From: Candidatus Aminicenantales bacterium
Lineage (GTDB): Bacteria > Acidobacteriota > Aminicenantia > Aminicenantales > Aminicenantaceae
Assembly: GCA_046760305.1 (NCBI GenBank)
Contig: JBHIDX010000005.1
Span: 12,150 to 76,149, forward strand
Direction of reading: 5' to 3'
DNA: 64,000 nucleotides
Below, in pieces: positions 59,449-64,000 of this stretch. How positions within the stretch are numbered: position 1 is the stretch's first letter; each line of letters begins with the position of its first letter. The position numbers and the translations under genes are program-made. Below the pieces are notes generated by a model, which saw only the letters and a list, made by a program, of their open reading frames with translations, made no database searches and had not been told where the DNA came from.

Positions 59449-60183
59449 TTATTCTCCTCTTCTGACTGCAGAGATAAAAACATCCTCAAGAGAAGAGTCA
59501 TCCTTTCCAGTCAGTTCTGTTTTGAGTTCTTTGGGAGAACCGATAGCCATTATCCTCCCTTTGTGGATTATTCCTATCCTATGGCAGCGTTCAACTTCGT
59601 CCATGTAATGGGAGGTGACAAAGACCGTTGTCCCTTGCCCGGCTAGACTGTAGATTAAATCCCAGAAGTCTCTCCTGGATACTGGGTCAACACTTGCTGT
59701 CGGCTCGTCAAGAAAAAGAATTTCCGGCCGGTGGAGTATGGCGCATCCGAGCGAGAGACGCTGCTTCCATCCACCAGAAAGGTCTTTGGCCATTTGATTT
59801 TCTCTTCCCTTAAGGTCAGCCATCTCCAGCACCCACCTTTTCCTCTCTGTCAGCATTCTCCTGGGAAGCTGATGTATTCCTGCATGAAAATCGATGTTTT
59901 CCTCCACAGTGAGGTCCGGGTAGAGCGTAAATTTCTGGGACATGTAGCCGATGATTCTTTTTATCTTTTCAGGCTCGGTGTCAATCCTGTGTCCTCCGAC
60001 AAAAGCCTCACCTGATGTCTGTCTGATTATGCCGCACAGCATCCTGATGGTGGTTGATTTTCCTGCTCCATTCGGGCCCAGGAAACCGAATATCTCTCCT
60101 TTTCTTACCGAAAACGAGATGCTATCTACAGCCGTAAATTTCCCGAATGTTTTGCTCAGTTCTCTGGTAACAATCGCCTCCAC
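59449..60183 (-). CDS. ABC transporter ATP-binding protein
   Basis: Walker A GPNGAGKST. Signature LSGGWKQR. Walker B LFLDEPT. Confidence 0.9.
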   Translation of the reverse strand: MEAIVTRELSKTFGKFTAVDSISFSVRKGEIFGFLGPNGAGKSTTIRMLCGIIRQTSGEAFVGGHRIDTEPEKIKRIIGYMSQKFTLYPDLTVEENIDFHAGIHQLPRRMLTERKRWVLEMADLKGRENQMAKDLSGGWKQRLSLGCAILHRPEILFLDEPTASVDPVSRRDFWDLIYSLAGQGTTVFVTSHYMDEVERCHRIGIIHKGRIMAIGSPKELKTELTGKDDSSLEDVFISAVRRGE

Positions 60184-60185
60184 AG

Positions 60186-61139
60186 CTATTTTCCTTTCTG
60201 ATTGCTTTTCTCGTCGTAAAGGATGGCCAGAAAAACATCTTCAAAAGAAGGAGAAATCTTCCTTGCACTCTTCATCGCTATTCCCTTCTGACTCAAAACC
60301 TCTTTTATGTCTGACAGGGCTAGACTTTCTTTTTCTACCAGGAGGTGAAGTGCCTCGCCAAAAGGGTAAATGCTTTTTACCTCTTTGAGTTCCTGGAGTG
60401 CGCTCCTGGCTTTCTCCTGCTCAGTGATAATTTCTATGACTTCATCTTCCATCCCTTCGATGAGAGCCCTGGGTGTTTCACAGGCAATGATCCGGCCCCT
60501 GTGGATAAGGCCCACCTTGTGGCACTTCTGAGCTTCGTCCATGTAGGGAGTGGTGAAGATAATCGTTACTCCCTGCTGGTTGAGGTTTGAGAGAATCTGC
60601 CACAGTTCTTTTCGCGAGATGGGGTCTACCCCTGTGGTCGGCTCATCAAGGAGTAGAATCTCAGGGGTGTGAAAGAGGTTGCAGGCCAAGGCGAGCTTTT
60701 TCTGCATTCCGCCAGAAAGGTTTCGGGCAAGCCTTTTTTCAAAAGGTGCCAGCTGGCTGAAGTGGAGAAGTTCTCTTTTCCTCTCTTCGAGCTGTGCTTC
60801 TGGAACAAGGTATATGTCAGCGAAAAACTTAAGATTCTCTCCCACTGTAAGGTCTCCGTAAAGGCTGAAATGCTGAGGCATGTACCCGATTTTTGTTTTA
60901 ATTCTTTGGGGCTCTTTGACGACATCAATTCCAGCCACAAGAAGGGAGCCTTTTTCAGGGCGTAGCAGTCCGGCTATCAGGCGGAGAAGGGTGGTTTTGC
61001 CCGCTCCATCAGGCCCAATAAGGCCGAACACTTTTCCCTTCTCAACCTCAAGACTCACATTGTTCACAGCTTTTACGGTCTCAAATGTTTTTGTCAGGTT
61101 TTTGATGATGAGTGCTTGTTCGTCCATAACTCCCCACAC
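60186..61139 (-). CDS. ABC transporter ATP-binding protein (with C-terminal extension)
   Basis: Walker A GPDGAGKTT. Signature LSGGMQKK. Walker B LLLDEPT. Confidence 0.9.
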   Translation of the reverse strand: MWGVMDEQALIIKNLTKTFETVKAVNNVSLEVEKGKVFGLIGPDGAGKTTLLRLIAGLLRPEKGSLLVAGIDVVKEPQRIKTKIGYMPQHFSLYGDLTVGENLKFFADIYLVPEAQLEERKRELLHFSQLAPFEKRLARNLSGGMQKKLALACNLFHTPEILLLDEPTTGVDPISRKELWQILSNLNQQGVTIIFTTPYMDEAQKCHKVGLIHRGRIIACETPRALIEGMEDEVIEIITEQEKARSALQELKEVKSIYPFGEALHLLVEKESLALSDIKEVLSQKGIAMKSARKISPSFEDVFLAILYDEKSNQKGK

Positions 61140-61142
61140 AGT

Positions 61143-62156
61143 TTACTTCGAGGAGAGATCGAGTTTTATTTCCACATCTACCGGCATCCCTGGTTTCAGC
61201 TCTCTCAGGGGGTTATCAAGGTAGGACTTGACCATGAAGACCAGCTTCAGCCTCTCTTCTCTGGTCTGGATGTCTTTGGGGGCAAATTCTGCTTTGTCTG
61301 AGATAAAATCAATTTTTCCCCTGAACACTTTCTCGGGGAAAGAGTCTGTGAGAACTCTCACTTCATCCCCTGTTTTCAATTTTCCGATATATTTTTCAGG
61401 CACATAAGCCTTGACGTAGGTTCGGGTGGGGTCAATCAGGCTGAAGAGGAGAGTCCCGGGCAGGGCCAACTCGCCGAGTTCAATGTGGCGAATCTCAACA
61501 TAACCTGAAGAAGGAGCCCTGACTTCAGTATCCTTAATCTGACGGAGAAGAATGTTTTCTTTTGCCACCAGATTGCTGATTTCTGCCTTCACCATTTCAA
61601 CCTCTTCCTTTTCGCTTCCTCTTTTTGCCAGCTCATAGTTTTCCCTTGCACTCTCATACTGTTCCACTGCCAGCTTGAGCTTAAGGTCTGCCTCTTCTTT
61701 TTGAGTTTTTGATATTGCTCCCTCTTTGAACAGTCTTTCCATCCTTTCCTGGTTTTTGCTGGCTATTTCCATCTGTTTTTCGGCACTTTCAAGCTGATTT
61801 TTGGCCACAGCAATCAGTTCTTTTTTGGTTCCTTTTTCTACCAGCCTGAGCTTTGCTCTAGCGCCCTGGAGGGCTGCTCTCACCTGGTTGAGCTGGAGAT
61901 GAAGTTTTTCGCTCTCAAGAAGACAGAGCATCTGTCCCTGATTCACATCCTGGCCTTCCTCGACAAAAATACGCTTCACTTCTCCCTGACTCTGAGCCCT
62001 GATTTCTGTCTCCACAGCTTCGATAATACCCGAAACCTCGATTATTCCTTCTCCTTCCGCCTGTTTTTTTAATCCAGGCAGGATCCTGAGGATGAGGAGA
62101 GTAGAGGCAGAGATGAGGATAATGACCACAGAGAAAATAATTATGAATTTCTTCAT
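61143..62156 (-). CDS. HlyD-family membrane fusion protein (efflux periplasmic adaptor)
   Basis: N-terminal TM helix. Long coiled-coil. Beta-barrel / lipoyl-like C-terminal domain. Confidence 0.8.
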   Translation of the reverse strand: MKKFIIIFSVVIILISASTLLILRILPGLKKQAEGEGIIEVSGIIEAVETEIRAQSQGEVKRIFVEEGQDVNQGQMLCLLESEKLHLQLNQVRAALQGARAKLRLVEKGTKKELIAVAKNQLESAEKQMEIASKNQERMERLFKEGAISKTQKEEADLKLKLAVEQYESARENYELAKRGSEKEEVEMVKAEISNLVAKENILLRQIKDTEVRAPSSGYVEIRHIELGELALPGTLLFSLIDPTRTYVKAYVPEKYIGKLKTGDEVRVLTDSFPEKVFRGKIDFISDKAEFAPKDIQTREERLKLVFMVKSYLDNPLRELKPGMPVDVEIKLDLSSK

Positions 62157-62776
62157 TATTTCTCCTCTTTTGACCTCGATTGTTTTTCGTCCTTGACCAG
62201 TCCCTGCTCGAGGAGCTTTATGAGCTCCTTTTTTTTCTTGGCGATTTTTTCCTCCGAGAGTGGGTCTTCGTCCCAGATGAGCGAGAACAGGGGGCTGGCC
62301 ACAAAATAGAAAACGATTCCACCTACCACCGTGGTGCTGACGTTTTTAAAATCGAGGTCGTTGAAATATCCGTTTTCTTTTCCCTCCTGGAAAAGAGAGA
62401 ATGCCTTCTGGTAAAGGGGAACAACTATTTCCTTGAGAGCGTTCAAAACCTGTTTTTTACCTGAAAGAAAGCAGTGGAGGATGAAGGGAGGCATGTCTCT
62501 GTTTTTTGAAATAATATCTATGTATTCGGAGATGAATATTTTAAATTTTTCGGGTGGGTTGAGTTCGAGAGAGGAGACGTCAGAGAAACTGGAGGAAATT
62601 TTCCCAAAAAAATTCTTCAGGACTTCAAGGTAGAGTTCTTCTTTATTCTTAAAATAGTAATAAATCATTGCTTTGTTAATCTTTGCCTTCTCTGCAATTT
62701 CCTTCGTCGTTGCAGCCTTGAATCCTTTCTTGGCAAAAATTTTTTGGGCTGTGTGTAAGATTTTTTCGCGGCTCAT
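62156..62776 (-). CDS. TetR/AcrR family transcriptional regulator
   Basis: N-terminal HTH AKKGFKAATTKEIAEKAKINKAMIYYYF. First gene of the efflux operon. Confidence 0.85.
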   Translation of the reverse strand: MSREKILHTAQKIFAKKGFKAATTKEIAEKAKINKAMIYYYFKNKEELYLEVLKNFFGKISSSFSDVSSLELNPPEKFKIFISEYIDIISKNRDMPPFILHCFLSGKKQVLNALKEIVVPLYQKAFSLFQEGKENGYFNDLDFKNVSTTVVGGIVFYFVASPLFSLIWDEDPLSEEKIAKKKKELIKLLEQGLVKDEKQSRSKEEK

Positions 62777-62946
62777 TCGTCACCTTCCTTTAACCTGAAT
62801 CGTTATTTCGAAAATACATGATTAATCAAAATTAACTAAATGGTTAGTTAATTATTGTTTATTTTATTCTCTATGTCAAGTTTGCCCTTTTGTGGGCTGT
62901 CGAAATTTGATATATAGAGAAGAAACTATATCCAGAAGGAGGTCAG

Positions 62947-63831
62947 ATGGGCAGAAAAGTTTTAACTCTTTTCTTGGGATTTATGTTTCTCGGGTTTTCG
63001 GTCCTCTTGCGCGCGGATGAAGCTCAGAAAGAGCTCAAGGTTTTTATTTCAGTTGACATGGAAGGAGTTTGCGGAGTGGTTAACTGGGAAGATGTGAGCC
63101 GCAACGGGAAGGATTACGGACTCTTCCGCAGGCTGATGACTGAGGAAGCAAACGCGGCTGTTCTCGGAGCGCTTGATGCAGGGGCGACTGAGATTGTTGT
63201 CCGCGACTCTCACGGCAGCGCACGTAACATCCTTCCCGGCCTCCTCCACGAGAATGCACAGCTTATCCGCGATTGGTCCGGTGGCCCGCTGAGCATGATG
63301 GAGGGCATTGACCGCACCTTTGACGCTGTAATCTTCATCGGCTACCATGCCCGAGCACAAACACCCGATGCTGTGCTCAAACACACCATGACAGGTTCGA
63401 TTTTTAATGTTGCGCTCAACGGGCTGAGGATGCCCGAATGTGGGATTAATGCTTTTATTGCCGGGAATTATAATGTTCCCCTTGTCTTGGTTGCCGGCGA
63501 CCTGGCAGTCTGCAAACAGGCAAAAGAGCTCTTTGGAGATGTTGAGACTGTGGCCGTGAAAGAAGGTATTGGCAAGGCAGCAAAAATGCTCCATCCGAAA
63601 AAAGCTCAGGAACTGATCAGGGAAAAGACTGCAAAAGCTCTCAGGCGGCTTGATGACTTTAAGCCCTTCAAGCTTAAACCTCCCTATACGATGGAAGTCA
63701 CTTTCAAGGACGAGGAGAATGCCGAGAGTGCCTCCTGGATTCCCGGGGCAAAGAGGACAGGAGAGTGTTCTGTTTCGTTTACAAGTTCGGATTTTATGGA
63801 AGTACTCAAATTTTTCAGGCTGGCTCGCTAG
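62947..63831 (+). CDS. D-aminopeptidase DppA-like (peptidase M55 family), with signal peptide
   Basis: KVFISVDMEGVCGV N-terminal block typical of M55/DppA. About 290 aa. Confidence 0.65.
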   Translation: MGRKVLTLFLGFMFLGFSVLLRADEAQKELKVFISVDMEGVCGVVNWEDVSRNGKDYGLFRRLMTEEANAAVLGALDAGATEIVVRDSHGSARNILPGLLHENAQLIRDWSGGPLSMMEGIDRTFDAVIFIGYHARAQTPDAVLKHTMTGSIFNVALNGLRMPECGINAFIAGNYNVPLVLVAGDLAVCKQAKELFGDVETVAVKEGIGKAAKMLHPKKAQELIREKTAKALRRLDDFKPFKLKPPYTMEVTFKDEENAESASWIPGAKRTGECSVSFTSSDFMEVLKFFRLAR

Positions 63832-63905
63832 CTGGAAAAGAGTGCCAAGGGGGAGCGAATCTTATCTCACTCCCCCTTATCCTTTGTGCTGGTTAGAGTT
63901 ATTAC

Positions 63906-64000
63906 TTACTTCTTTACGTATTCTTCAATCCACTCGGTGGTCACACTCTTGGGTCTCTCTATTGCCAGTCCCAGAGCCCTGTCCCAGATGAGAGAAGAGA
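63906..64000 (-). CDS. 3' end of an unidentified gene running off the window edge
   Basis: Open minus-strand frame ending ...[11 protein letters not shown]-stop at 63906-63908. Only 30 codons are visible. Confidence 0.2.
   Translation of the reverse strand, partial: SSLIWDRALGLAIERPKSVTTEWIEEYVKK

Overview
This 64 kb window is bacterial chromosomal DNA, about 50% GC, with tightly packed genes. Short overlaps of the ATGA type between neighbouring genes are common. It looks like an uncultivated Gram-negative lineage. Supporting clues are a VWFA-related Acidobacterial-domain protein, Tat-exported Gfo/Idh/MocA oxidoreductases and a ThuA+HEAT fusion, which fit Acidobacteriota, Aminicenantes or PVC-like organisms; this is inference only.

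All calls below are from reading the translated ORFs and the DNA by eye. No database search or structure prediction was possible.

Content by region:
- 1-15 kb: a single co-directional minus-strand array. It encodes two Tat-exported and one cytoplasmic Gfo/Idh/MocA oxidoreductases, a xylose-isomerase-fold TIM barrel, a secreted ThuA+HEAT protein, a 7-heme c-type cytochrome, a polytopic membrane protein, ApbE, a discoidin-domain protein and a GT39 glycosyltransferase. I read this as a candidate periplasmic 3-keto-glycoside oxidation pathway wired to a cytochrome chain, and it is the most interesting system in the window.
- 15.4-22.5 kb: a split archaeal-type glutamate-synthase-like operon. It has a GATase+GXGXG fusion, two tandem Fe-S/FMN-domain paralogs (one degenerate) and a FAD-linked oxidase with a ferredoxin domain. 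There is no GltD. It sits divergent from an Lrp/AsnC regulator.
- 23-29.8 kb: glmS, an MTAP-like phosphorylase, two glycosyltransferases and an outer-membrane-like protein.
- 30-63.9 kb: mostly housekeeping genes. These are tRNA-Val; rplU-rpmA-obg-nadD-rsfS-rlmH; a dksA-family gene and comF; hsp20; rsmI; a split nadE plus CN-hydrolase pair; ligA; murB; murA; a HIT gene; and an aldehyde dehydrogenase. An amino-acid metabolism cluster contains hom, a metY-like PLP enzyme, an aminotransferase, cupin and SDR genes and an unassigned 413-aa protein. A TetR-HlyD-ABC-2 efflux operon and a DppA-like peptidase complete the region.

Noncoding features of note are a 192-bp element bounded by perfect 24-bp inverted repeats upstream of murB, and a 28-nt motif shared upstream of two unrelated genes. 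No CRISPR arrays, transposases or integrases were seen.
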